From the IMG/VR virus record IMGVR_UViG_3300010352_001405, positions 64,001 to 128,000 of that record: a stretch of 64,000 nucleotides of DNA; one strand, 5' to 3'. Below the pieces are notes generated by a model. The model was not told where the DNA came from, searched no databases, and saw only the letters and a program-made list of their open reading frames with translations. The translations under genes were made by a program, and so were the position numbers. Positions 41,451-50,761 of this stretch are shown piece after piece; positions within the stretch are counted from its first letter, which is position 1, and every line of letters begins with the position of its first letter. Origin of the DNA: a virus. Its lineage: Duplodnaviria; Caudoviricetes.

Positions 41451-41753
41451 ATGAATGAAAAATCAGTTAAAAAATTAATGATGGATCTTGTTGAAAGATT
41501 CGGTGAAGAAACACAACTGGACATGATAGCCAATAGAAGCCTTCAGTTGGCATTGTCCATTCAGGAATACAAGAAGGTTAATATAAAAGAAGATTACTCA
41601 CGATACGTAAAATCATATAACGACGTATGTGAAAAATTAGGTTATATGAAATTAATGATGAAACAAGCCGAATTTTTATTCAATGGAAATTCTATTGAAC
41701 AAAGTTTTGAAACAGAATCTGAAAATCTCTCAAAATCATTAAATCATTATTAA
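41451..41753 (+). CDS. Degenerate MazG-like helical protein
   Basis: FGEETQLDM... pattern of phage MazG-like proteins but without the catalytic acidic residues. Confidence 0.35.
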   Translation: MNEKSVKKLMMDLVERFGEETQLDMIANRSLQLALSIQEYKKVNIKEDYSRYVKSYNDVCEKLGYMKLMMKQAEFLFNGNSIEQSFETESENLSKSLNHY

Positions 41754-41754
41754 A

Positions 41755-41807
41755 AATTGTTTTATAGAGGAGTTAGTGAAATTCACTAACTCCTCTATAA
41801 AACAATT
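41755..41807. repeat. 53-bp perfect palindrome
   Basis: aattgttttatagaggagttagtgaa-a-ttcactaactcctctataaaacaatt. Confidence 0.9.
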
Positions 41808-41884
41808 ATACAACATTTTATGAATGACGGCACAAAAATAAAATGTGGTGAATTTTGTATAGTAGATAAAATAATAAAAATAAT

Positions 41885-42409
41885 ATGATAAATATAAGTA
41901 TAATTGTATCGATAGCAAATAATAATTGTATAGGAGGTAATAATACATTATTGTGGAAACAATCAGATGATTTAAAAAGATTTAAACAATTAACTACCAA
42001 TCACATAGTCATAATGGGACAAAAGACTTTTGAATCAATTGGTATAGCTCTCCCAAATCGTTGTAATATAGTTATAAGTAATGATGAAAATTTCAATCCA
42101 CATGGATGTTTTGTGGTTAGATCTATTAATGAAGCTATTGACGAAGCCATATTAAAAGTTTGTGATAAGTGGAACGGCATTGATGATGAAATATTTGTTA
42201 TTGGTGGTGGATCCATTTATAAACAAATGTTGCCATATTCGAATAAATTGTATATAACTAGAATTGATTGCGATATACAAGGCGACACGTATTTTCAGAA
42301 TATAGGTGAAGATGACTGGAAAATAATATCAAAAATAAAACACAACAAGGATGATAAAAATCAGTATAATTATACGTATGAGATCTATGAAAGAAAAGAA
42401 TTGAATTAA
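41885..42409 (+). CDS. folA: Dihydrofolate reductase
   Basis: LLWKQSDDLKRFK, IMGQKTFESI, LPNR, VIGGGSIY, GDTYF. Confidence 0.95.
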   Translation: MINISIIVSIANNNCIGGNNTLLWKQSDDLKRFKQLTTNHIVIMGQKTFESIGIALPNRCNIVISNDENFNPHGCFVVRSINEAIDEAILKVCDKWNGIDDEIFVIGGGSIYKQMLPYSNKLYITRIDCDIQGDTYFQNIGEDDWKIISKIKHNKDDKNQYNYTYEIYERKELN

Positions 42410-42432
42410 AAAAAATAAAAAAAATTAAATTT

Positions 42433-42615
42433 ATGAAAGATAAAGAAAGTGATCCATCTTTATGGATATGGTCGAGTGAATCTGGAATTATAGATTGGAA
42501 TACTTTGTCTATGGATGAACTTGTTGAATTTTTAGAAGAAAAACGCAAATATAGTAGTAGTGGAGAATCTTTAGCTATTTATAAATTAATAGATTTTTAC
42601 AAAAAACACAAATGA
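42433..42615 (+). CDS. Hypothetical protein
   Basis: 60 aa, ATGA-coupled to the next gene. Confidence 0.5.
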   Translation: MKDKESDPSLWIWSSESGIIDWNTLSMDELVEFLEEKRKYSSSGESLAIYKLIDFYKKHK

Positions 42616-43379
42616 ATCCATATATAATATCAGCTAGTCGTAGAGAAGATATTCCGGCTTTTAGAACTCAATGGTTATTGGATAGAATAAAAGATGGTTA
42701 TGTCGATATATCAGGTTTTTATCAAGATTATAGAATAAATTTTGATAAAACTAAATTAATTGTGTTTTGGACTAAAAATCCACAACCACTAATAGAACAC
42801 CTAGATAAAATACCATTTAAATATTATTTTCAATATACTTTAAACGATTATCCCGAGTACGAACTTAAAGTTCCTCCTTTACAAGATAGAATTAATACGT
42901 TTATCAATCTTTCTAAAAAAATAGGAAAACAAAAAGTTATATGGAGATTTGATCCCATAATAATAAATGATAAAATAAAAGAAAAGGATTTATTATCAAG
43001 AATAGAAAATATTGGTAATCAATTATTTCCATATACTGAAAAATTAATATTCAGTTTCATTGATCCATATAAAAAATTAAAAGGTAAATTTATCGCCTTG
43101 ACAAACGAACAAATTATCAATATTGGAAAAAATTTAATTGAATTGAATAAAAAATGGGGATTAGAATTATCAACTTGTTCTGAAGCCAAAGATTTAGATG
43201 GAATATCACATAATAGTTGTATAGATCCAGTACTAATAGAAAAAATATGTGGTAAACAAAGATGGATCAATAATAAAAAAGATAAAAATCAACGCGAAAA
43301 TTGTGGTTGTATTAATAGTGGTGATATAGGCGAATTTAAAATGTGCAGACATTTTTGCCAATATTGTTATAGTCAATAA
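42612..43379 (+). CDS. DUF1848-family protein
   Basis: IISASRREDIPAF, VFWTKNP, WRFDPI, CGC..S.DIG...C.H.C.YCY. Confidence 0.8.
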   Translation: MNPYIISASRREDIPAFRTQWLLDRIKDGYVDISGFYQDYRINFDKTKLIVFWTKNPQPLIEHLDKIPFKYYFQYTLNDYPEYELKVPPLQDRINTFINLSKKIGKQKVIWRFDPIIINDKIKEKDLLSRIENIGNQLFPYTEKLIFSFIDPYKKLKGKFIALTNEQIINIGKNLIELNKKWGLELSTCSEAKDLDGISHNSCIDPVLIEKICGKQRWINNKKDKNQRENCGCINSGDIGEFKMCRHFCQYCYSQ

Positions 43380-43407
43380 TTTTTGATTATATGAAATAAA
43401 TTCAAAT

Positions 43408-43830
43408 ATGAAAACTTTAAATAAAAAATTTAAATATGGAGAAAAAATGGATAATAAATGTATTGATATTTGCAATGCAATGAATTCTCTAAATGGTATT
43501 GAAACGACTGAAAGTTGTTGCGGTCATGGAAATACTGAATATGTTATTTTTTTTAAAGTGACAGACGCAAAAGGACTTTTCTTTTTAACTAGATGTGTTG
43601 ATAGAAGATATTGGAAATATGGTGGAAATTGGAGAATTGAATTATCTATTGGCGATTCTTTTGAAAATAACTATTTACCAATTGTTTATTTATTAACTAG
43701 TGTTGGTGTAAAAGGTGAACAAGCGTATGATCAAATAAAGGATCTAATTGAAAACATGAATATTCATTTAAATCATAAAGCTTTCTTGAATGGATATAAT
43801 TTGAGTTATGAAAAATTGGTTAAATCCTAA
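43408..43830 (+). CDS. Hypothetical protein
   Basis: GIETTESCCGH motif. Confidence 0.55.
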   Translation: MKTLNKKFKYGEKMDNKCIDICNAMNSLNGIETTESCCGHGNTEYVIFFKVTDAKGLFFLTRCVDRRYWKYGGNWRIELSIGDSFENNYLPIVYLLTSVGVKGEQAYDQIKDLIENMNIHLNHKAFLNGYNLSYEKLVKS

Positions 43831-43851
43831 ATTGTCATTCTAGTTAAAAAA

Positions 43852-44070
43852 TTAATTATCCCAATCTTCTTCACCATAAGGATCTAATTCTCTATTTATT
43901 TTTTTCCTTATATATGTTTTTTTAAATTCAGAAAATTTTCTTAATTCTTCTAATATTAAAATTCTTTCATATTCTTCAAGATTGTACCATTCTTCTTTAT
44001 TCATTCTAAGAGATTTGAAAACTTCAATTGAATCTAAATATTCTTTTTTTGTCATGCTCAATCCTCCCAA
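43852..44070 (-). CDS. Small protein with C-terminal DPYGEEDW
   Basis: ELDPYGEEDWDN*. Confidence 0.6.
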   Translation of the reverse strand: MGGLSMTKKEYLDSIEVFKSLRMNKEEWYNLEEYERILILEELRKFSEFKKTYIRKKINRELDPYGEEDWDN

Positions 44071-44510
44071 TTTTCTTCCCCATATGGATCTACTTCACTA
44101 TAAACTCTTTTATCAATATATTCAAGAGATGGTATGAATTCTAATTTCATTTTATTATCTATAAATAAAGGATTATCCGAACCATTTATATTTAAGATTG
44201 ATAATCCATCTTCTCTTATAAAATTTATAAATTCATCGACGTCTCCAAAAAAACAATCGTCCGGAATGAAAAATATTGGGCAATTGTCAATTTTTGAAAA
44301 TCCTAAAAATCTAATCCAATTTTTAGGATCAAAATTCATATAATTTTCTTTATGGTGCATATTTATATGTTCCGATATATCAACACATCCTATATGTATC
44401 CAACATTCTTTTATTTCACCACATGAAGTATTAATGAAATCGATTTGATTTCTCAACATTTTTGAAAATTTTAATGCTTTTACCGATTGTAATCTTATTA
44501 TTGATGGCAT
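44058..44510 (-). CDS. Protein with C-terminal DPYGEENW
   Basis: KRVYSEVDPYGEENWED*. Confidence 0.6.
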   Translation of the reverse strand: MPSIIRLQSVKALKFSKMLRNQIDFINTSCGEIKECWIHIGCVDISEHINMHHKENYMNFDPKNWIRFLGFSKIDNCPIFFIPDDCFFGDVDEFINFIREDGLSILNINGSDNPLFIDNKMKLEFIPSLEYIDKRVYSEVDPYGEENWED

Positions 44511-44513
44511 TTA

Positions 44514-44696
44514 TTATTCCTCCCAATTTTCTTCTCCATAAGGATCTCTATCACTAAATTCTTGGTTTTTTGGTTTTGACATATATTTTCTATTTTCTAC
44601 TGTAAAATTAATAAAATTACGCATTACCCATTTGTACCATGAATCATAAGAATGTTCGTTGGCAAAAGTTTTCAATATTTCCTCTGGTTTTCTCAT
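44514..44696 (-). CDS. Small protein with C-terminal DPYGEENW
   Basis: DRDPYGEENWEE*. Confidence 0.6.
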   Translation of the reverse strand: MRKPEEILKTFANEHSYDSWYKWVMRNFINFTVENRKYMSKPKNQEFSDRDPYGEENWEE

Positions 44697-44697
44697 A

Positions 44698-45366
44698 TTA
44701 CCAATTTATTTCATCAATGTTATTATCTCTTAAATATATGTTCGTTTTACTAAAATGTTTGCAACCCGAAAATGGTTTATATGTATTTAATGGAGATGGA
44801 TGACCAGCAAACAATATTAAATTATTTTCAGCATCCATATATTGAGCAAAATTCTGAGCAAAATTTCCCCACAACAAATAAACTAATTTATTCCTTTTTT
44901 TCAAAATTTCAATAACATTATACATAAAGGGTTTCCATCTATCTGTATGACTTCCTGGTTTACCTTTTACAACACTTAGTCCTGTATTAATTAAAAAAAC
45001 TCCTTGTTTGGCCCAATCTATTAAATCATATTTTATTTCTCCATTAACGTCCGATTTTACTTCTTTCATTATATTTATAAGAGAAGGACTAAATTTATTA
45101 GTTTTATTACCATTACTAAAAGCCAAACCGTCGAAACTTCCATCGTGATATAAATCTTGGCCAATAATAACCACTTTAATTTTATCCAACGGTGTTTCTC
45201 TAAACGCACGAAAAGCTAAACTCATTTTATCCGGATAAATGAGTTTAGTTTTTCGTTCCTCGTTTAAAAATTTTCTTAAATCGATGAAGTACTTCGAATT
45301 AAAGAAATCCTTTAATTCGAAATACCACTTTTCGCCGAAAGATTCTATTAAATATTTTTCTGTCAT
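44698..45366 (-). CDS. ung: Uracil-DNA glycosylase family 1
   Basis: GQDLYH, GLAFS, SPSL.NI, WAKQGV, HPSPL. Confidence 0.95.
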   Translation of the reverse strand: MTEKYLIESFGEKWYFELKDFFNSKYFIDLRKFLNEERKTKLIYPDKMSLAFRAFRETPLDKIKVVIIGQDLYHDGSFDGLAFSNGNKTNKFSPSLINIMKEVKSDVNGEIKYDLIDWAKQGVFLINTGLSVVKGKPGSHTDRWKPFMYNVIEILKKRNKLVYLLWGNFAQNFAQYMDAENNLILFAGHPSPLNTYKPFSGCKHFSKTNIYLRDNNIDEINW

Positions 45367-45653
45367 TTTTTAAATTTTTCAAACCAATCTTCTAATGTGT
45401 AAACAGAGGAATTTGATTCAATTATATATTCTAAATCTCCAACATTTATATCAATTCCAAGTATTTCAATATAACCATTTCTATAAAATTTATCATCGCC
45501 ATATTTTTCGATGTAATTTTTCCTATATTCTTCTGTTTTTTGAAGAATCATAAATATAAAATCATCTATTGAAGAATATTCAAATGGAATGGTTGCTGTT
45601 CCTGAACAAATACAATCATCGCTCCAATAATATTGGAATACTAACTTTTTCAT
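45363..45653 (-). CDS. Hypothetical protein
   Basis: First gene after a host-type promoter. Confidence 0.55.
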   Translation of the reverse strand: MKKLVFQYYWSDDCICSGTATIPFEYSSIDDFIFMILQKTEEYRKNYIEKYGDDKFYRNGYIEILGIDINVGDLEYIIESNSSVYTLEDWFEKFKK

Positions 45654-45680
45654 GTCATTTTAAAAATTTTTTATATCATA

Positions 45681-45710
45681 CAAATATACAAAATAAATTT
45701 AAAACAAAAA
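45681..45710 (-). promoter_or_regulatory. Bacteroidota-type housekeeping promoter (TTTG...TATATTTG)
   Basis: Matches the -7 consensus TAnnTTTG. Similar sites near 46470 (-), 47332 (-), 54375 (+) and 63276 (+). Confidence 0.6.
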
Positions 45711-45743
45711 AAAATAACCAATCGAAATCGACTGGTTATTTTT
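45711..45743 (-). terminator. Terminator downstream of tmRNA
   Basis: aaaataacca..tggttatttt inverted repeat. Confidence 0.6.
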
Positions 45744-45763
45744 AAGAAAGGGTTAATGATATG

Positions 45764-46160
45764 TGGAGATGCCGGGAATTGAACCCGGGTCTTTTAATGA
45801 TTTTAAAAATTATCTACAAGTTTAGTTGATATTTTCTGTGTCAACACATATACGATTTATAATCTAGAAAATCGTAAATCCATCAATTATTTTCTTATTT
45901 TTTCTTCCGTTAAAATTTTCAAAATGTCGGAATATCTGATTTTTTCTTGTTATGCTAAAGCCAATTCGACTTCTTCTTTTGGAAAAAAGGTTCCAGAAAC
46001 CTTATTTGTAACAAAAGTGAGAATATTCATCATACTCTCAGGCACTATTTTTGATGTTTTTGCATTTATTTGCTATCAACCAATTTATTAAACGCGTCAT
46101 CGAAAGTGCGTTACTTGCAAATTTATTATTTCGCATTAAAGTCTATACCTGTTCATCCCC
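45764..46160 (-). ncRNA. ssrA: tmRNA
   Basis: 5' GGGGATG pairs with 3' CATCTCC-A (G3-U alanine identity). T-arm CCGGG-TTCAATT-CCCGG. ATAAAT-GCA resume context. Tag ORF 46063..45950 ends in ELALA*. Confidence 0.9.
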
Positions 46161-46240
46161 ATATTTTTCAAAGAACTATAATTATATATTATCTTAATAT
46201 ATTCTATTTTTTCCAAATTGTTTATAAAAAAACAGAACAA

Positions 46241-46447
46241 TTAAATATCAGCGTAACTAACCAACCTAATTACATCTTTTGCTGTTTTATCTGATGATAT
46301 GATTAAATTGGAATCAGTTAACATTCGTTCTAAAACTTCAGTCAATTCAGATATTCCTGTACCATCCTTTTCTAAAGCGTTTTCCCAAAATTCATCACCA
46401 TCCAAATCTGATTCGTCTAATGTTATTTCAAATTTAAATTTTTTCAT
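46241..46447 (-). CDS. Hypothetical acidic protein
   Basis: 68 aa behind TATATTTG. Confidence 0.55.
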   Translation of the reverse strand: MKKFKFEITLDESDLDGDEFWENALEKDGTGISELTEVLERMLTDSNLIISSDKTAKDVIRLVSYADI

Positions 46448-46517
46448 AAATAATATTCTAAATATTTTACAAATATAAAAAAATTATTTGAAATAAAAAA
46501 AAATAATATATAGTTAT

Positions 46518-47165
46518 ATGATATTAGAATATAATAGTTTCTCTCAGCAATTAAGGAATAATATAATTATAGAGGTTATAAACGATGGTCGTTATTTAGA
46601 TTTTATTTTAAATGAGGAATTCCATTATAATTATTATGATTTTTATCACAGATTAAAAATAAATAAAGAACATAAATCTAAATTAAAAGAAATAGAAAAA
46701 GAAGTAGAATCTTATTTAAAAACAAATATAAATCCATTTAAAGGCAAATTTGTTAGTAAAGTAAACGGACAATCCAGTGAAATAACTTACAATATTGTAA
46801 CTACTGAACATTTTTATTTGAAATTTTTTAGACAAGATTTTGAAGATCGTAAAAAAACAATTGGATTCGTTAAACCTAATCTACATGAAGGAATAGATTT
46901 AATATACAATAACGCGGATGAAATAACTAGATTAATATGTCTACAATCTATATCAGATGGAAATCATGTTTTAATAAGAACAAAAGATAGATCCATTTAT
47001 AGTATAATAATCATTTTTGAAAAAATAAATCCAAAAGAATGGAGATTGAAATTAAAAACCCAAATGAAGGGAGTTGAATATAAAGATGATAGACAATATG
47101 ATGTTGTTAGAAAACTCCACCCTAATGGGCCTTTAATAAAAAAACCCCCAATAATGGGGGTTTAA
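46518..47165 (+). CDS. Hypothetical protein
   Basis: MILEYNSF; TAATATATA 5 nt upstream of the ATG. Confidence 0.55.
   Translation: MILEYNSFSQQLRNNIIIEVINDGRYLDFILNEEFHYNYYDFYHRLKINKEHKSKLKEIEKEVESYLKTNINPFKGKFVSKVNGQSSEITYNIVTTEHFYLKFFRQDFEDRKKTIGFVKPNLHEGIDLIYNNADEITRLICLQSISDGNHVLIRTKDRSIYSIIIIFEKINPKEWRLKLKTQMKGVEYKDDRQYDVVRKLHPNGPLIKKPPIMGV
47141..47163. terminator. Bidirectional terminator
   Basis: aaaaccccca-ataa-tgggggttt. Confidence 0.7.
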
Positions 47166-47430
47166 TGCTTTTCGTTCATCACACGCCGGCTAAAAGGCAT
47201 TTCCGGAAACCTCTCAACCACCAGTTTTCACCGTAATCCTTCCCAATAATCATATAGCTATTGGTCTATCATTTTCGGTTGATTTCAATTTTCAATATTT
47301 TTATGAACTAATTTGATAAGACAAAGATACAAAAAGTTTTTGAATCTGCAAAATTATATATTAATTTTTTTTAAAGATTTTTAATTAATTAACGATTGTC
47401 CATAGAATTGTAATACAAAAATTATCACCC

Positions 47431-47928
47431 CTAAAAATCCCATCTTTGAGCAGAAACAAGTTCAGAGTTTATCAAAATAGGTTTTACACCCAATATTTCA
47501 GAAATAATATTTTGATGTTCTGCTTTCATTTTTACATTTTCAAGCATCCAGTATTTAGGTTGTGTTTCGTTTTTTAGCCTCACAAATTCAAAAAACAGTT
47601 TGCTTCGTGGGTCTTCAAAATTCAATCCTTTGCCAGCAAAACTAAAACCTTGGCAAGGGCTTCCGCCTATAAGTAAGTCAATTTTAGGCAAATCACTACC
47701 TTTTACTTTCGTTACATCACCCAATTGTATTGTGTTCGGATAGTTTGTTTGCGTTACTTTAATTGCGTGTTTGTCAATTTCCGAAGCAAAGTAGTTATCA
47801 TACTTAATACCCACTCTATTAAGTGCTATCTGTCCGCAACTCATACCGTCAAAAAGAGATAAGACGGAAGAAAAACGGGGCATAACACCGTGTATAGGTA
47901 ATGTGGGGTTTTGTGGTTGTTCAATCAT
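47431..47928 (-). pseudogene. 3'-truncated C5 cytosine DNA methyltransferase (cassette cargo)
   Basis: VLSLFDGMSCG, GGSPCQGFS, LENV; stops at SAQR before the target-recognition region. Confidence 0.8.
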
Positions 47929-48082
47929 TTGTTCTCGTATTTAAGTTTTTAGTAATTTGACAGGGTAGTGCTTCGTAATCCCACACTGCCCATACATTTG
48001 TTCGTTATAGCCAATCAAGGTCTGTGGTTTATATCAAGCGTTGTGCGTGGCTACGTTTCATACACGCAACCGTTATGTGCCA

Positions 48083-48337
48083 TTAACCGATAACATCGTG
48101 AATTGACGTCACTCTTGGCAACAGCTTCCGCATCAATGAGAAAAAACTTTGGTATTCCTCAATCTGCTTTTTCTGTTGTTCAAGTGTGTTTTCCAAATCA
48201 ACTATGTGTTCGTGTGCCAAAAACCACTCATTCAATTTTCCACTTTCGTCTTTTGATGTAATGTGTTTTTTCAATTCATCATACTTGTCGGCACACTCTT
48301 TTTTTCTCATTGCTGCTCCGTGGTCGTAATAAGCCAT
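48083..48337 (-). CDS. Cassette-borne hypothetical protein
   Basis: Stop codon immediately before TGGCACATAAC. Confidence 0.6.
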   Translation of the reverse strand: MAYYDHGAAMRKKECADKYDELKKHITSKDESGKLNEWFLAHEHIVDLENTLEQQKKQIEEYQSFFSLMRKLLPRVTSIHDVIG

Positions 48338-48446
48338 ATCGTTTTAAATTTAACGGCACATAACACGGTATATATGTTATACGCCAAATTAGCGTTGTAC
48401 TATTATTTAAGTTTGTGGTCAGGCGTACAACACATATACCCAACCG

Positions 48447-48665
48447 TTATGCCTCATTTAGAGAAGCGACAATAAAAGCGTTTGGATGCTTACCATCCCA
48501 TCTGTTTTTATATGCTTTTGCTTCTTCGTATGTGCATAATCCTATTGTAATTTGTTCCCAAACACCTTCTTCTACTTCTTCAACAACAAAGAATAAACGA
48601 GGCATAACAGCACCCTTATTCAATGCGGGAGTTTCATCTTCGTTGGATAATTTTTCATTACACAT
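48447..48665 (-). CDS. Cassette-borne hypothetical protein
   Basis: Stop TAA lies within GGCATAAC; alternative start at GTT-ATG near 48605. Confidence 0.55.
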   Translation of the reverse strand: MCNEKLSNEDETPALNKGAVMPRLFFVVEEVEEGVWEQITIGLCTYEEAKAYKNRWDGKHPNAFIVASLNEA

Positions 48666-48736
48666 AATTTATACTTTTAATGTGGTTCAGTGCAATTAAG
48701 CCCGCACTAAATAAGGCTGCGAAGCGTTAGTGCCAA

Positions 48737-49105
48737 TTATAAAGACAGTCCGTGCATCTTTCTACACCAATCGTTAAAAACATTGATTATGTATGGTTTA
48801 AAATCCTCATAATCGTTCTTTTCTTCAATAAATTTTCTATCATCCATTTCAGAGTTCCAAAGCATATTATCTCCAAATCCAAATATATCAACATATCCAT
48901 CAGTCGAATAATAGAATTTATTTTCAATTTCCCCGTATTTGTCATATATTTCTTGGTTTAAGTCGTTTGCCACTTCAATAAATTCTGAACCTTTGTGATA
49001 ATACCATTTTGCAGGAGTTGAATCGGATAAATAAAAATTTGAATAATCTCTATCTGAATACATTATAAAATATGGTAATATTTTATCTAATTCATCTTTT
49101 TTCAT
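48737..49105 (-). CDS. Hypothetical protein; 3' part cassette-derived
   Basis: Stop followed by TTGGCACTAAC. Confidence 0.55.
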   Translation of the reverse strand: MKKDELDKILPYFIMYSDRDYSNFYLSDSTPAKWYYHKGSEFIEVANDLNQEIYDKYGEIENKFYYSTDGYVDIFGFGDNMLWNSEMDDRKFIEEKNDYEDFKPYIINVFNDWCRKMHGLSL

Positions 49106-49127
49106 ATTTTTCTAATTTTTAATATTT

Positions 49128-50531
49128 TTAAAAATAACTACTACCGTCCCAGCAATGTGTACACAATTGACATTTTGGAAGACCTATAGCTTCTACTAAA
49201 TCATTTAATTCTTGATATTTTAAAGTAGTACATTCCATACTTTCGCCAATTTTTTCTATCATTTTATTATATCTATCCGTTCCAGGTGTTGCATATTCAT
49301 CTAAATGTGAATCTTCTTTTCCTTCTAATTCTTTAATAACTCTTCTACCAATTAAATCCAATGAAGTTCTAGAAATAGAAAAATTTAAAAATTCACATGG
49401 ATATATCAAGGCGGGGCATGATGGTCTAATATGAACTTCCTTTGCGCCATAACTAAATAGAGATTTTGCGTTGTTTTTTAATTGCGTTCCTCTTACTATA
49501 CTATCATCACAAATTACTATTTTCTTATCTTTAATAATATCCTTGATTGGAATCAATTTCATTTTAGCCACTAATTCCCTATCCCTTTGTTTTTGTGGCA
49601 TGAAACTCCTGGGCCAAGTTGGAGTATATTTATTATGTGCTCTTTTATATGGGATCTTTCTTTCATTAGAATAACCTATCGCTGAACCGACGCCAGAATC
49701 CGGAATTCCACTAACAAAATCGACATTCACGTTATCTTTTTTAGCTATGGATCTACCTAATCTATATCGAGTTTCTTCTACATTAATTTTTTCATAATAA
49801 CTAGCTGGAAAACCATAATAAATCCAAAGAAATGAACATATTTGCATTTTATTACCAGCTCCCCTTCTTTTTTCATATCCATCGGATGTTATAAATAATA
49901 TTTCACCGGGACCAATATATTTCTCAATTTCATATCCCAAATTGACAAAAGAACTTGTTTCTGAAGCTATAGCATAAGAACCTTCTTTTTTACCTAAAAT
50001 AATTGGTGTTCTACCGAGTTTATCTCGTGCAGCTATTATTTTATTTTTAGTGAGTATAAGCATCGTGCAGGAACCTTTGATAAGATCAAATACGTTTTCT
50101 ATTCCTGATTCAAAACTGTCACATTCATTTATAAGTGTTGCGATAATTTCAGTGGGATTGATACCACTACCAGACATTTCTAGAAAATGAAGATTTTTCT
50201 TCATCGTTCTTTCGATAAGTTCGTTTATATTTGCGATTTTATTAACTGTAGTTATTGCATATTCTCCGAGATGTGATCTCACTAAGATTGGTTGAGATTC
50301 ATTATCACTAATAGCTCCAATTCCGCTATTACCTTTAAAATTTCTCAAATCATCTTCAAATTTCGTTCTGAAATAAGAATTTTCTATACTATGAATAGAT
50401 CTATCAAATTTAATGCCATCGAAAACGACCATTCCTGCTCTACTTGTACCTAAATGTGAATGATAGTCAGTACCATAGTATAAATCATTAACACAATCAT
50501 CTTTTGATATTACTCCGAATATTCCTCCCAT
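49128..50531 (-). CDS. purF: Amidophosphoribosyltransferase
   Basis: RDKLGRTP, CSFLWIYY, IPDSG, PRPP motif ICDDSIVRGT, LCTHCWDG. Confidence 0.9.
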   Translation of the reverse strand: MGGIFGVISKDDCVNDLYYGTDYHSHLGTSRAGMVVFDGIKFDRSIHSIENSYFRTKFEDDLRNFKGNSGIGAISDNESQPILVRSHLGEYAITTVNKIANINELIERTMKKNLHFLEMSGSGINPTEIIATLINECDSFESGIENVFDLIKGSCTMLILTKNKIIAARDKLGRTPIILGKKEGSYAIASETSSFVNLGYEIEKYIGPGEILFITSDGYEKRRGAGNKMQICSFLWIYYGFPASYYEKINVEETRYRLGRSIAKKDNVNVDFVSGIPDSGVGSAIGYSNERKIPYKRAHNKYTPTWPRSFMPQKQRDRELVAKMKLIPIKDIIKDKKIVICDDSIVRGTQLKNNAKSLFSYGAKEVHIRPSCPALIYPCEFLNFSISRTSLDLIGRRVIKELEGKEDSHLDEYATPGTDRYNKMIEKIGESMECTTLKYQELNDLVEAIGLPKCQLCTHCWDGSSYF

Positions 50532-50539
50532 AAGTAGTT

Positions 50540-50755
50540 TTAATTTTTTGATATATTATCAATATTTGTTAATTCGTATTTAATGTCATTCTTAGCTAAT
50601 AGAATTTTCATGGTAGCAAATTCTTGTATGTTTCTAGTCTTAATAACAATTGGTGGATTCACACTATTAATGGTTAAACAATGAATGATATTATCATCTT
50701 TATCTTTAAACCATCTAGATATTGTTCTAGCTCCGTTGTCATCTATAATTCCCAT
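50540..50755 (-). CDS. Hypothetical protein
   Basis: 71-aa ORF in operon. Confidence 0.5.
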   Translation of the reverse strand: MGIIDDNGARTISRWFKDKDDNIIHCLTINSVNPPIVIKTRNIQEFATMKILLAKNDIKYELTNIDNISKN

Positions 50756-50761
50756 AATTTT

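Larger units (their letters stand above)
47879..48735 (-). mobile_element. Integron-like attC cassette array without integrase
   Basis: Imperfect hairpins bounded by ..TAAC and GTTA.. at 47879-48012, 48355-48455 and 48599-48735, plus a half site at 48013-48082; higher GC than the flanks. Confidence 0.7.

Noticed and set aside
45764-45800. tRNA gene
   Set aside because: The T-arm and acceptor 3' half pair with a 5' end about 400 nt away; this is the tmRNA. No other tRNA was recognised.
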